DNA from: a virus
Virus record (IMG/VR): IMGVR_UViG_3300034102_002416
Strand: one strand, 5' to 3'
DNA length: 64,000 nt
Part shown: positions 48,801-59,208 of the stretch, in pieces
Position numbering within the stretch: position 1 is the stretch's first letter
Layout of the letters: the number at the start of each line of letters is the position of its first letter
Notes under the pieces: generated by a model
Seen by the model: the letters and a program-made list of their open reading frames with translations, nothing else
Database searches by the model: none
Told to the model about the DNA's origin: nothing
Position numbers and translations under genes: made by a program

Positions 48801-50020
48801 TATTGCCATCTCCCATTAATAACAACGCTATCTAATGTATCAATAGTATAACCTAAGCCTATAGTATCAAAAACAATAGTTTGTGTTGATGATAATGATG
48901 GTGTCCATGTATAAAGAGCTTTATCGATATATTGGCCGTTTATATAAACATTAAATTCATTTTTAGTTGCAGCAACTGTTGTTACTGAATTATATGCAGC
49001 TGAAGCTGTTACAGTTACAGTGTTATTTGAAACATATACTGCTGTTTTATCGGATAAATTAGTCAAGTATGCCATTACTTCTGCATTAATTGTAGCAGTA
49101 GTACCTCCAGATACTGAAACCGACCCACCGTTTGCTATATATCCGCGGCTTTGCATTAATGCAGGTGGAACTACTGTTGATGCAAATATATCTTCAGAAA
49201 CATCGACTACTTGATCGAATGAAAGTTTTTTAATAGAAAACATTTTTCGAAGTGTGGATCTACGTGCTTCTTGTTCAGATAGCAATGTACCTAATACAGT
49301 TAATGGTATAGTAGCTCTAACTAATCGGTCTTCTCCAACAGTGTTAACTGTTTCGAATGATACTGACCCTAATGTTGTTGAAAATTTATTGTTTTCGTTA
49401 CCCCACGCAAATCGCCCATATGGCATTATTTGATCGACCAGTGAATTCATTTGTGTGGTAAAATCACACCAAAGTAGCATGTCATATTCAACTGTTACGT
49501 ATTTAGGAATATCTACAACATATACTTTTTCTGATGGCTGTGGGTTATTAATTGGAATTGGAAACAATTCATCTTGATATCTGGAACGTTCATTGTATTT
49601 GGTTTTATAAATCCGTACGTTTTCAGATTGTGGTCTGTTAACATCCAATGATTTAACAGAGTCTCGTTCAACCATAGAGTTACGTTTCAACATGATTACC
49701 GGAGATTGTAACATTCCTTTTTCATCGCGTAAATATCCTAATCGACGCACATTGTCCCATTTTTCACCATTTGAAAAAATTACTGGTACATTGATAGTTT
49801 GACTATTAGCTGTTACTTGAGGCTGTATTTCGTTGTCAATAAACCATTTAATTGCAAAGTCAATATCATAAATATTTCGTTTTGCTGTACGTATTATGTC
49901 ATCATCTCGTCGAATTTGTTCTGCCCGATTCAAAAACAAATCATTTCCTAATCCTTCTGTTTGTGTGGGATTGGGTTTATTTGTTTTTCGATCAATATTT
50001 TGTCTATTTAATCTAGGCAT
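48800..50020 (-). CDS. tail terminator/completion protein (gp15-like) with C-terminal extension
   Basis: VPVIFSNGEKW, P.IMLKR and VDIPKYVTVEY; follows the neck genes. Confidence 0.6.
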   Translation of the reverse strand: MPRLNRQNIDRKTNKPNPTQTEGLGNDLFLNRAEQIRRDDDIIRTAKRNIYDIDFAIKWFIDNEIQPQVTANSQTINVPVIFSNGEKWDNVRRLGYLRDEKGMLQSPVIMLKRNSMVERDSVKSLDVNRPQSENVRIYKTKYNERSRYQDELFPIPINNPQPSEKVYVVDIPKYVTVEYDMLLWCDFTTQMNSLVDQIMPYGRFAWGNENNKFSTTLGSVSFETVNTVGEDRLVRATIPLTVLGTLLSEQEARRSTLRKMFSIKKLSFDQVVDVSEDIFASTVVPPALMQSRGYIANGGSVSVSGGTTATINAEVMAYLTNLSDKTAVYVSNNTVTVTASAAYNSVTTVAATKNEFNVYINGQYIDKALYTWTPSLSSTQTIVFDTIGLGYTIDTLDSVVINGRWQ

Positions 50021-50538
50021 TAAAATCCTTTATATGCAAAATTGTTATTTCCACCTCTTCTGATATTTGTGATACCTGTTGGTGTTTGTCGTGTTGCATG
50101 AGCATCACATAGAACAGACACACTATAACCATGTTTATCGCCGTTTGGCCAAGTGTCTGGATTTTTACCCGTAAAATACTGATTAGCATCTACGTTATCA
50201 AGTTCATAATATTCATTGTCCCAGAATATTATATCACCTACTTCAGGATAAAAATCAGCTCGTTCTAATATATCACGCGTTATTGCAAATTGTGCCGTAC
50301 GAGTATATGTATGACCGTAATCATCCATAACAGCATTTTTAGTTTCTTTTGTGATTAAACATGGAATTAAAATTGAATCATAATATGATTTTGATTCAGA
50401 TTCGCCATATACATTTGAATCGCTTCGTTCAACAATTAATTTGAAAAATTCAATTTCAGTGTCTATTATGGAATTTAGTAGTTCTGCATTGATTGATGCT
50501 AAAAATTTTGCGTCCCGCATTCCGCCAAAAAGTGCCAT
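50020..50538 (-). CDS. neck protein (gp14-like)
   Basis: NVYGES and YPEVGDIIFWDNEYYE; synteny. Confidence 0.65.
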   Translation of the reverse strand: MALFGGMRDAKFLASINAELLNSIIDTEIEFFKLIVERSDSNVYGESESKSYYDSILIPCLITKETKNAVMDDYGHTYTRTAQFAITRDILERADFYPEVGDIIFWDNEYYELDNVDANQYFTGKNPDTWPNGDKHGYSVSVLCDAHATRQTPTGITNIRRGGNNNFAYKGF

Positions 50539-50546
50539 ATTTACTC

Positions 50547-51785
50547 CTATCCAACATATATTTTCAATGGAACTTTTGCTAAAATTTCATGCATCTGAGT
50601 TGATTCAGCATTTTGTCGTGTTAGCATTTGTTCTTTTGTCAATTTATCTAAAAATTCTCTCAACTGCGTTATTAATGCATCTTTTTCCGATTGTCCCTGT
50701 GAAATTAAATCTCCACCGTTCAATGTAACTTCGGAATTAGGTATTGGAATTGATGAATATTTATTACGTACAAATCCTAACATTTCTTTTACAAGTGCAG
50801 CACCATATTTAATTATCCAAGATCGCCCCATATCATTAATGCTACTGTATGTTTGATATGTATATGGTATATTAGATGCGTCACTCACAACGCCGTTTAA
50901 AAGTGCTGTATTACCAAATAATAAGGCATCCTTATCTTTTTCATCGGCAAATATATATTCTACCCATACTTGACCATAGAATATAGTAGATGCTGAACTA
51001 CCGGTGCCTGATGTTGGTATTGGATAAAACTTAATATCATCGCCATGTATTTCAAATGAATAATGAGACTTACGTACCTGGTCATTGAATTCAATCGATT
51101 GTAGTCTTAACAAATCTGCATGTATTGGCATCATCATGAAACTAATAGAAGGTGAAAATCCTCCAAAGTTAAATGAATCTAAAAGTTGTTGCGATCCTAA
51201 TCCAGTACCAACAAATGGATCAAAATATCTAACAATTGCTGGCGGTGGTGTATGTAATACTCGTTTAATTTCAATTGAGCTAGTTGGAGATAATGATGAT
51301 GATTCTGCTGCTAATGATGAAGATACAGCTGCGCGCATACTATATGTCTGCTGACCAGGAATCATATCTATCTGTACTTTTCTCCATTTTACAGTACCAC
51401 CAGAATCAGCTTCAGTACCATATGCTCTAGATAGTTTTGTAATGTATCCTAAAGAGCTTCCAACTACTGCTCCGGTAAAACCTTGCGGACCTAAGAAGCT
51501 AGATCCGGTTTGGATACCCAATGTACTCATCAAATTGTTAGTTATATTAATTTGATTGATTTGATTTGAGTATTCTATAACAGCAGCTTCAAATGCAGTA
51601 TAAAAATTAACATCAACTAATTCAACATCCATAATAGGATATCCAACATGTTGTGCTGCATATTTAGCAAATCGATCGGCTTGTTGTTGAAATAATGGAT
51701 CTGTATCAAAAAATCCAAATGGTGTAGATCCAGTTGTAAATGAAGAAGAACCGGGCCATATGGGCTTTGATACACTATAATCCAT
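50547..51785 (-). CDS. neck protein (gp13-like)
   Basis: GYPIMDVEL, WIIKYGAALVKEMLGFVRNKY and VTLNG. Confidence 0.75.
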   Translation of the reverse strand: MDYSVSKPIWPGSSSFTTGSTPFGFFDTDPLFQQQADRFAKYAAQHVGYPIMDVELVDVNFYTAFEAAVIEYSNQINQINITNNLMSTLGIQTGSSFLGPQGFTGAVVGSSLGYITKLSRAYGTEADSGGTVKWRKVQIDMIPGQQTYSMRAAVSSSLAAESSSLSPTSSIEIKRVLHTPPPAIVRYFDPFVGTGLGSQQLLDSFNFGGFSPSISFMMMPIHADLLRLQSIEFNDQVRKSHYSFEIHGDDIKFYPIPTSGTGSSASTIFYGQVWVEYIFADEKDKDALLFGNTALLNGVVSDASNIPYTYQTYSSINDMGRSWIIKYGAALVKEMLGFVRNKYSSIPIPNSEVTLNGGDLISQGQSEKDALITQLREFLDKLTKEQMLTRQNAESTQMHEILAKVPLKIYVG

Positions 51786-51810
51786 TATGTTTCCTTTTTA
51801 TATATAAATA

Positions 51811-52476
51811 TCAATACGTCTCATTTAAGAGCTTTAAAATTTCATCTAATGCTTCATGTCGATGATTATCTAACAATATAATTTCATTCACAAATCTAGA
51901 CTTAGTTAATTTAGGAACTTCATGCACTGCCGAATCATTTGTAAATTTTAAATCTATCTGATATTTATCGCCAGTTAATATCATTAAACTGTCTTTACCT
52001 AATCGAGACAACACCATTTGTAATTGTTGTTTGGTTAAATTCTGAAATTCATCCACAATACAAATTGCATGATCAAAAGTACGTCCTCGGAAATGTGCTA
52101 AAGAAACCAATTCAATGTTTTCTTCTTTTTCCATTTTTTCCAGTATATCCGGTTTATTGTATACCTTACGCATATTGCTTCGAAGCGGCACTAACCATGG
52201 CTCCATCTTTTCATTCAATGAGCCGGGTAAAAATCCATTATCTTCATTTGATACGGTAGGACGTGTTATAATGATTTTGTTTATTTGTCGTTTAAAAAAC
52301 ATATCCAAAGCAATTTGGACTGCTAACAAGGTTTTACCAGACCCAGCTTTACCTAGTATAAAATTGAATGGTGTTTCAATAATTTTTGCTTTTGCTAGTT
52401 TTTGTTCTTCTGATAATGTTATTGAAAATTTAATGTCGTTCTTCGGTGGAGTTTTCTCCTTGTTTGATGTTGTCAT
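51811..52476 (-). CDS. phoH: PhoH-family ATPase
   Basis: GKAGSGKT, GFLPG, RGRTF, DEFQN and GDKYQID. Confidence 0.95.
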   Translation of the reverse strand: MTTSNKEKTPPKNDIKFSITLSEEQKLAKAKIIETPFNFILGKAGSGKTLLAVQIALDMFFKRQINKIIITRPTVSNEDNGFLPGSLNEKMEPWLVPLRSNMRKVYNKPDILEKMEKEENIELVSLAHFRGRTFDHAICIVDEFQNLTKQQLQMVLSRLGKDSLMILTGDKYQIDLKFTNDSAVHEVPKLTKSRFVNEIILLDNHRHEALDEILKLLNETY

Positions 52477-52498
52477 AGTAACCTGTTTTAAGTTAAAA

Positions 52499-52774
52499 TT
52501 AAAATAATTTTGTAAGTGTAGATTCTCGAAGTGTCATGTCTTTAAGTGTTTCAATCTTACCTAAACAGGCTTGACGGATAGCTTTAAACGTGTCATGAGG
52601 AGAATGAGGTGTCATTACTTTGATGGTAATTAATTCTTTATCTGGACCTAAGTCTTGTTCGATATGAACCATTAATACCAAACTAATTGCTCGTATACGA
52701 TCTAATACATCGACTAAACGACCATCATATCGTATAATTGTTTGCATTGAATACTTGTTATAAGGTACTGCCAT
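52499..52774 (-). CDS. hypothetical late protein
   Basis: 91 aa; late motif at 52790. Confidence 0.65.
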   Translation of the reverse strand: MAVPYNKYSMQTIIRYDGRLVDVLDRIRAISLVLMVHIEQDLGPDKELITIKVMTPHSPHDTFKAIRQACLGKIETLKDMTLRESTLTKLF

Positions 52775-52800
52775 ATTATTTCTTTTAATATAAATATTGA

Positions 52801-52833
52801 ACAGTAAAAAAGGGTGACCGAAGCCACCCCTTT
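52801..52833 (-). terminator. intrinsic terminator after major capsid gene (CUUCGG loop)
   Basis: GGGGTGGC-TTCG-GTCACCC followed by TTTTTTACTGT. Confidence 0.85.
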
Positions 52834-52855
52834 CCTATTCGTTAAATATTAAATA

Positions 52856-54505
52856 CTATAGAGTATCTAATCCACGTACATATACCTTCCCATAAAATTC
52901 GGGGCGGACCACTTTCTTCGCGTAACGTGTCATAACACCTTTACGTGGAGTGAAGTTAACTGGATCGTATACCAACGGAGTCATGATAAGTGGAATGTAT
53001 GGGCTAAATACAGCACCTGTTTCTAGGAACTGTGCTCCACGGAATCCCATAAGGATTACATTCTCTTTCATGTATGGGTTTTTGTAAACTGTGTAACGGT
53101 TATTGATTGCACCAATTTTTTGTACACCAGCTGCAAATTCCATTTTAGTTCCATCTGTGTCAGCAGCAAATCCTGGGATAGACTCAAGGATAGTTGCAAC
53201 AGCAGGAGAAGTTACAAGGAAGTTAGCACCACCACGCAATGTTTTTTGGTGAATTTTATTAGATACTTTTTGAAGTTTAGTACCTAATGTTTGGAACCAA
53301 CCACCTTGAGTGTTATAGAAACCACCAGTAGTAGTAGAAGTTTGAGTGAAACCAGTTCCGTTCCATACTTCGTTGTTAACTGCTGACCAATACTCAGTTG
53401 TTGGAGCTGCTGCGATCAACATGTCAAGGATCTCAAGATCGATTTCCATTGATACATACTCAGAAAGCATTGAAGTCAATTCAGCTTCAGCATCAATTGA
53501 GTGGTAAGCATTAAGGTCTTGAGCAAATTCAGGAGTCCAAACTGCTTTCAACTTACGTGTTTTAGCAACAATTGGTTCTGATTGCATTTCAAGATTGATT
53601 TCTGGGATATCAATATCAATACCAGTATTAATACCTGTGTTAGCAGAAGATCCTTTAAATGGATTTTTATCTTCAAAATCACCTCTAGTAATATCAGTAG
53701 GTTGTTTGCTATAATTCAATTTGAAATTAGATGCACTAATTGCAGTTTGAATTGCAATTGCTTGAGTTGCAGTTACAACGAATGACGCAGTGTAGTTGCT
53801 AGTAATTGTTGAGAAAGCTTGTACCGGTACAATTTCTGTGTTAGCAGAACCAGAACTAAGTGTAAATGCACGAACTGCATATAAATCAGCATCTGTTGGT
53901 ACGTTAACTGTAACAACTTTATAATTTGATGATCCGTTTGTAAAATCTGAATCGAAATTTAAAGATGCAGATGATGGTGCAGAACCAGTTGCTGCAGTTA
54001 CTGTCGAACTAACGTTATGAATTGAATATCCAAAACGACCTGCTCCATAAAGACCTCCAGCTGCGTCAGATCCAGTTGTAGTAACACCAAACATTGAATC
54101 TAATGCATTAGGATTTCCAAATGGATCACCTGTACGGTTCAAGTTGTCATCATCGAATCCTGGTTGTGCTGTACCATATTTGAAATCAAGATAGAAAATA
54201 AGTCCTGATGGCAAGTTCATTGGTTGAACTGAAACGAATTCTTTAGCTGCAAATTCAGCAAAGATACGACGTACCAATGGAAGAGCTACACCAGCCCATT
54301 CTTCAGATCCTGCAGCAACACCCGTAGATGATGCTTCTTTTACTAATTGACGTGCTTGGTTTTCAAGCAATTGAGCCATACCTGCTTTTTCGGTTTCGCC
54401 CTTAAGACCTTCTAATAGACCGGTCTTTTCCCATTTTGCTGCTAACGCTTTTGCTTGATTTCTTTGTACAAAATCGTTAGTTTGCAATAAATTTGAAATA
54501 CTCAT
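52856..54505 (-). CDS. major capsid protein (gp23-like)
   Basis: LLENQ, VSVQPMNLPSGLIF, TRKLKAVWTPEFAQDL and FTPRKGVMTRYA. Confidence 0.97.
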   Translation of the reverse strand: MSISNLLQTNDFVQRNQAKALAAKWEKTGLLEGLKGETEKAGMAQLLENQARQLVKEASSTGVAAGSEEWAGVALPLVRRIFAEFAAKEFVSVQPMNLPSGLIFYLDFKYGTAQPGFDDDNLNRTGDPFGNPNALDSMFGVTTTGSDAAGGLYGAGRFGYSIHNVSSTVTAATGSAPSSASLNFDSDFTNGSSNYKVVTVNVPTDADLYAVRAFTLSSGSANTEIVPVQAFSTITSNYTASFVVTATQAIAIQTAISASNFKLNYSKQPTDITRGDFEDKNPFKGSSANTGINTGIDIDIPEINLEMQSEPIVAKTRKLKAVWTPEFAQDLNAYHSIDAEAELTSMLSEYVSMEIDLEILDMLIAAAPTTEYWSAVNNEVWNGTGFTQTSTTTGGFYNTQGGWFQTLGTKLQKVSNKIHQKTLRGGANFLVTSPAVATILESIPGFAADTDGTKMEFAAGVQKIGAINNRYTVYKNPYMKENVILMGFRGAQFLETGAVFSPYIPLIMTPLVYDPVNFTPRKGVMTRYAKKVVRPEFYGKVYVRGLDTL

Positions 54506-54529
54506 TTTTGTTTTCCTTTTTTTTAATGT

Positions 54530-55501
54530 TTATAGCAATCCTGCTAATTTTTTCCAACGGTTAGCTAATTCAAACCCTTCAGATAAAACTTGTGTTGTTG
54601 CTTTGCTAGGAGCTGTTGTTGCAACTGCTTTAGATGCATACGACTCTTTAACTACACGTTTTTTAACTGGACGAGTGAATGATTCAGCCAATGTAGTGAA
54701 TACTAATTTAACTTCTCTCGTTGTTCCGGCACGATCAAAATTTTCAATTACTTTCATTTTTTGAGTTTCGTTTAACTCAAAGTTACGGAACAATTTGTTT
54801 GTGTAAAGAAGTTTTGCATTTAAAAGATTAACTTCAGAAAGAATAGACTTAAGTTCATGAACCGTACGGTAAGCTTCTTTAAGTTCTTCTTCTTTAGCTT
54901 CCATTTCTTCTTTCATGTGATCTGCCTCTTCATCTTCTTCTGCTTCTTCCTCTTCACGTAAGATTGCTTCAATGATAGAATCGATATTTTCAGACATCAT
55001 TTCATCATCTTCGTCAGACATATAGCCATCTGCAACGATTTCTTCGTCAACATCTGTTTCCATTTCTGGTTCTGTTTCCATTTCTAAATCGCCTTCAAGC
55101 TCACGAATGATTGCTTCTAAATTTAGATCTTCTTCACCCTCTTCAGAAAATTCATCAGCTTCAATTTCTGCAGGTACGTCTGCCGGCATTTCTTCGTCAG
55201 CTGGTTCGTTAATTTCATAATCATAAGTTTCATCACCTACTGAAAATGAAATGTCATTGTCAACCCACTCAACTCCTTCGCCTTCGCCTTCCATACCAGC
55301 GTCAACATCCATTGAATCCATTTCTACATCCGCTTCCATCGCATCTTCGTCAGCCAATTCATTTTCGATTTCTGTTGCCAGCATCTCTTTAATTCTTGGT
55401 GCGAAAGCTTCTTGAAGCGCAAGTTTTGCGTTTGCTAATGCAGTTTCTTTAACAGCACGTGCATCAGCGATTGCTTCTTTTAGCAAATCTGATTTTGCCA
55501 T
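54530..55501 (-). CDS. prohead scaffold/core protein (gp22-like)
   Basis: Very acidic coiled coil directly upstream of the capsid gene; many LxE sites. Confidence 0.75.
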   Translation of the reverse strand: MAKSDLLKEAIADARAVKETALANAKLALQEAFAPRIKEMLATEIENELADEDAMEADVEMDSMDVDAGMEGEGEGVEWVDNDISFSVGDETYDYEINEPADEEMPADVPAEIEADEFSEEGEEDLNLEAIIRELEGDLEMETEPEMETDVDEEIVADGYMSDEDDEMMSENIDSIIEAILREEEEAEEDEEADHMKEEMEAKEEELKEAYRTVHELKSILSEVNLLNAKLLYTNKLFRNFELNETQKMKVIENFDRAGTTREVKLVFTTLAESFTRPVKKRVVKESYASKAVATTAPSKATTQVLSEGFELANRWKKLAGLL

Positions 55502-55634
55502 TTGTTTCTCCTTAAATTTTTTTTTTGGAAGTAAGATTATTATGAATCTTAATAGAATATTTTTTATACATCTAAACGCTATATAATAAAAGAAAATAGC
55601 GTATTCTTTAATAAATATATCAATGTATTAAAAA

Positions 55635-55670
55635 ACAGTAAAAAAGCCCCAACTTTTTTGTTGAGGCTTT
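55635..55670 (-). terminator. intrinsic terminator after bS21 gene
   Basis: AAAGCCTCAAC/GTTGGGGCTTT stem followed by TTTACTGT. Confidence 0.8.
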
Positions 55671-55693
55671 AAATTATTATATTTTCGTGTTTA

Positions 55694-55936
55694 TTATTCG
55701 TTTGCTGATTTTATACGTTGAATGTATGCAGCTTTGGTTTTTTGCTGACGATTTGTTACACTAGGTTTAATATATTCTTGTTTGTCTTTAACCCGATTCA
55801 ATATGTTAGCAGATTTTACTTTACGTTTCCATGCCTTTAATGCATGTGCTAAATCCATTGCTTCTGTACCTACTACATTTATAGCTAAAGAATTACCAGG
55901 AACAATTTGTTGATGTTGTTTTTGTTTTTTACTCAT
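55694..55936 (-). CDS. rpsU: phage-encoded 30S ribosomal protein bS21
   Basis: ALKAWKRKV..ANIL...K.KQEYIKPSV...KAAYIQ matches the bS21 pattern; sits in the head module as described for bS21 phages. Confidence 0.85.
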   Translation of the reverse strand: MSKKQKQHQQIVPGNSLAINVVGTEAMDLAHALKAWKRKVKSANILNRVKDKQEYIKPSVTNRQQKTKAAYIQRIKSANE

Positions 55937-55945
55937 ATAACTTGT

Positions 55946-56398
55946 TTATTTTTTAACTTTAAATTTAAATTTAGCAATTCCCGGAGACTGTGATATATAA
56001 CCTTGTATTCTCTGTGAATCTTTATACGGATCCGTACCAATTCTAAAATATAGATATCCAGCTACTGCACCAGATGATGTTTTGTATAAATCTTTTGTAA
56101 TTAGTTCAAATCCTTTTTTCTTTGACCAATCAATAATATCCATCATTGTTTGTTTTGCTGTTGCCGGATCAGCAAATAACATTCGTACGCCGCCTTGATA
56201 ATCAGTAATCTTATTAACTAATTCTGCTTCTTCTAATTCAGTATTTTCTAATTTAACATCTAATCCCTGATCAGTCATTTTTTTAATATCAGGTGCAGGT
56301 GTTGTTTTCGGTAAATGTACAGATCCTTTTTTATTATTAATTGATGTTTGTTCAGTTAATCCAAAAAAGTCACGATATAGTTTTTTTAGTTTATTCAT
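55946..56398 (-). CDS. hypothetical head-module protein
   Basis: MNKLKKLYRDFFGLTE leader-like start. Confidence 0.65.
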   Translation of the reverse strand: MNKLKKLYRDFFGLTEQTSINNKKGSVHLPKTTPAPDIKKMTDQGLDVKLENTELEEAELVNKITDYQGGVRMLFADPATAKQTMMDIIDWSKKKGFELITKDLYKTSSGAVAGYLYFRIGTDPYKDSQRIQGYISQSPGIAKFKFKVKK

Positions 56399-56442
56399 TT
56401 TATATTACCTTAATAATAAAGTATTTTATACTAATTTCCAAA

Positions 56443-56820
56443 TTATCCAACGCGGAAGTATCGGTTTAAATGCTGTCCAATATCTTCATATGCAGCTTCT
56501 AATCGTTGCTGTAATTGGTTTATTTCTTTAGAAGTAGCTTCAAATACTTTAAAAGCTTCCGTTAAACCTTTCGCATGACGACTTACAGTTACATTATCAA
56601 ACCAGTCTTTATCTTCGGTCATTATTCGTTGTGATTTGTCAACGATACCACGTACGCGTTCCGTTAAATCTTTTAGTTTTCCACTTCCATATACCGATTC
56701 ACCTAATGCAGAAAAATTTGCTACATCTTGCATAAACTGGCGTTTTTCTTCTTTTGTTAATGCTACTTCTTCTTCGCCAGTCATCATTTCTAAAATTCTT
56801 TTTAAATTCGGTGTATTCAT
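56443..56820 (-). CDS. hypothetical prohead core-like protein
   Basis: Likely start MNTPNLKRILE at 56820; helical. Confidence 0.6.
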   Translation of the reverse strand: MNTPNLKRILEMMTGEEEVALTKEEKRQFMQDVANFSALGESVYGSGKLKDLTERVRGIVDKSQRIMTEDKDWFDNVTVSRHAKGLTEAFKVFEATSKEINQLQQRLEAAYEDIGQHLNRYFRVG

Positions 56821-56821
56821 A

Positions 56822-57451
56822 TTATATCCTACATTTTCCATCTTCACACAATATAGATGTGATAATGTTATTAACATTTGCGTATTTATTTGTTGTTTGA
56901 TTTTTATTAACAGATTCATTCATTGATGTTGGTCGCATAAATGCACCGTGGGTTGATGGATTTGATACAAAGTCCCAACATATTAATTCAAAATCCTCTT
57001 GAACTTCTACTGCTGACTCGTTACGTAATTCCTTTACAGATCCCAATCCTCGCGATGATATTCCCAATGTAATTCCCGCTCGGAACAACTCTTTAAGAAT
57101 TTTACCAGATGGCGTATCTAATACTTGAACTGTACCATGTAGATCATCACCACTCCACCAAATTTTAAGAATATTGTGTGACACATTATTCAAGTTAACT
57201 ACCGATGATTCTGGATGATCTAATTCACCTAATGCTCTATGTTGATCAATATATTCTCGTTGATATCTCTGGCACTCTCTATGTAATATGTTTTTAGGAT
57301 ATATTCGTCCATTTTGATTTTTAGCACCAGCTCTTTGTAAAACTCCTTCAACTACAAAACCACCTGGTATTCCATATGCAGCCCCATTTGATTCATTTAA
57401 TGAACCAACCGGTTTAAATGGCATATATTCTACAATTAGTTGTTTTGACAT
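56822..57451 (-). CDS. prohead protease (gp21-like)
   Basis: KNQNGRIYP, ALGELDHP, VSH, GISSRGLGS and DFVSNPS. Confidence 0.95.
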   Translation of the reverse strand: MSKQLIVEYMPFKPVGSLNESNGAAYGIPGGFVVEGVLQRAGAKNQNGRIYPKNILHRECQRYQREYIDQHRALGELDHPESSVVNLNNVSHNILKIWWSGDDLHGTVQVLDTPSGKILKELFRAGITLGISSRGLGSVKELRNESAVEVQEDFELICWDFVSNPSTHGAFMRPTSMNESVNKNQTTNKYANVNNIITSILCEDGKCRI

Positions 57452-57452
57452 A

Positions 57453-58313
57453 TTATTCCCCTAATGATCTTATTCGTTCTGATATTTTTATTAATCTTTC
57501 TGATATTTTTTGTAACGCTTTTGTTGTCGCTGGTCCATATGATGTAGATGTTACACCAGATTCTGTTTTTAATTTTGTATTGTAATTAACCAACGTTTCA
57601 ATTTCAGAAAGTTTTTTTGCAATTTCTTGTATTGTTTTCTTAACTTTAACCGAAGGTTTTATATCTTCAGATTTAAAGTTTCGATAACTTTCAATTAACT
57701 GTTCATATTTTGTTTCTATCACTTCATTAACAGTTAATGTTTTATGTTTTTTAGTAGCAGTACCTGGTTTTCCTACTAAATTTTTTGATGGATATTCATA
57801 ATCAGAATGTTGCCAATCTTTACCATCAACTGCAAATGGAAATTTAGAATTATATTCTTCTTCCTCAGACTCAGGTTTTTGATACTGATCGTTATCTGTA
57901 AATGGATCGAATTTATATGTTGGTGGGGTATTTACTGATTCATATCTAGCTTGTTTACCACGCCATTTGCCTGGTTTAGCAAAAGCAGCTGGTGTATTAA
58001 ATCCAGCAACTCCCCCAGTTGTTGACATTTCATCCAATGAAATATTATGATCGATAATTTCAATATTTTGTTTAATAAACGTGTCATATAGATCTTGTAT
58101 TTCTTCTCCATTAAATGAAGCATATACATTAGATCCATATGTAGTAATTTCATTAAAACTTCTAGCAATATCCGCATATGTTTCTAAAGCTCGTTTAGCA
58201 TCACGTACTGCTACTTCGATGTAGTTTGGCTCATCTAAACTAGACTTTAAATTTTCATGAACTGAATTTAATTCTAAAAATTTATCTTCAATTTCTTTAA
58301 GAAATGACCTCAT
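57453..58313 (-). CDS. hypothetical prohead core-like protein
   Basis: MRSFLKE start and LDEMSTTGGVAGFNTP motif; between portal and protease. Confidence 0.6.
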   Translation of the reverse strand: MRSFLKEIEDKFLELNSVHENLKSSLDEPNYIEVAVRDAKRALETYADIARSFNEITTYGSNVYASFNGEEIQDLYDTFIKQNIEIIDHNISLDEMSTTGGVAGFNTPAAFAKPGKWRGKQARYESVNTPPTYKFDPFTDNDQYQKPESEEEEYNSKFPFAVDGKDWQHSDYEYPSKNLVGKPGTATKKHKTLTVNEVIETKYEQLIESYRNFKSEDIKPSVKVKKTIQEIAKKLSEIETLVNYNTKLKTESGVTSTSYGPATTKALQKISERLIKISERIRSLGE

Positions 58314-59164
58314 GAATGAATCCCTTTTAATTCGTCTATCAAATCAAAATAACGAAGTAATGATAAAATATGTGATTCTTTAATAGATTTCATTGTTTCA
58401 ACATTACATAACATTTCAGATAGTTTTGTTACTTTTATTTTAGTAGCAGGATCTGAGATATGCTTTGCTTGTGCAGCTAAATCTTTTTTAATAACAGGAA
58501 TAACATGTTGTATATATTCCTTTAAAGCAGTAGTATCATTAACATTTGTAATATATTTGTTTAATAAACGTTTCTGAGATTCGGATAATACTGAATATTT
58601 TTTATTAAATTTATCTACTAACATTTGATATGCTAACAAACGCATATCCTTAGATTGTGATTCAAATGTTTCGAGTATATTGTCTTTTTTTACATGGGTA
58701 CGTTGTTCTGATATTAATCCATGTGTAATAATTACATTTTTACATTCTAGCAATTGTTTTGGATTATGAGTTTCATCATGTTCGAACAACATGTTAATAG
58801 ATGCTAAAACTTTGTAATTATTGATATGCATTTTTGCCATATCTGAAAAAACAAATTTTTCTGAAATTTCTTTTACTAAATTATATCGTTGTCGCTTTAA
58901 TGCACTTTGATTTAATTTAGAGTGTGCAGATTTTACTGTACGTACATAATCTAATGCCTGAGCTTCACTTTTAAATTGCTCTTTAATTAACGTGTTATAC
59001 AAATGCAATTCTTTTGCTAATTCAGTATTACGTCCAAAGTATTTTTTAATTATATCAATTGTAACCGATTTATCAGAAGATAATGTTTCAGATGTTAATT
59101 TTCTTACTAACATTTCAAATAAAATACCCGTATTTTTATATTTCGAATGTTTTAATTTTTTCAT
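58310..59164 (-). CDS. hypothetical head-module protein
   Basis: KHSKYKNTGILFEML; late motif at 59193. Confidence 0.65.
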   Translation of the reverse strand: MKKLKHSKYKNTGILFEMLVRKLTSETLSSDKSVTIDIIKKYFGRNTELAKELHLYNTLIKEQFKSEAQALDYVRTVKSAHSKLNQSALKRQRYNLVKEISEKFVFSDMAKMHINNYKVLASINMLFEHDETHNPKQLLECKNVIITHGLISEQRTHVKKDNILETFESQSKDMRLLAYQMLVDKFNKKYSVLSESQKRLLNKYITNVNDTTALKEYIQHVIPVIKKDLAAQAKHISDPATKIKVTKLSEMLCNVETMKSIKESHILSLLRYFDLIDELKGIHS

Positions 59165-59208
59165 GTTTTATACGTTGCCCCGAATCTTTTAAATAAATAT
59201 GTTTATAA

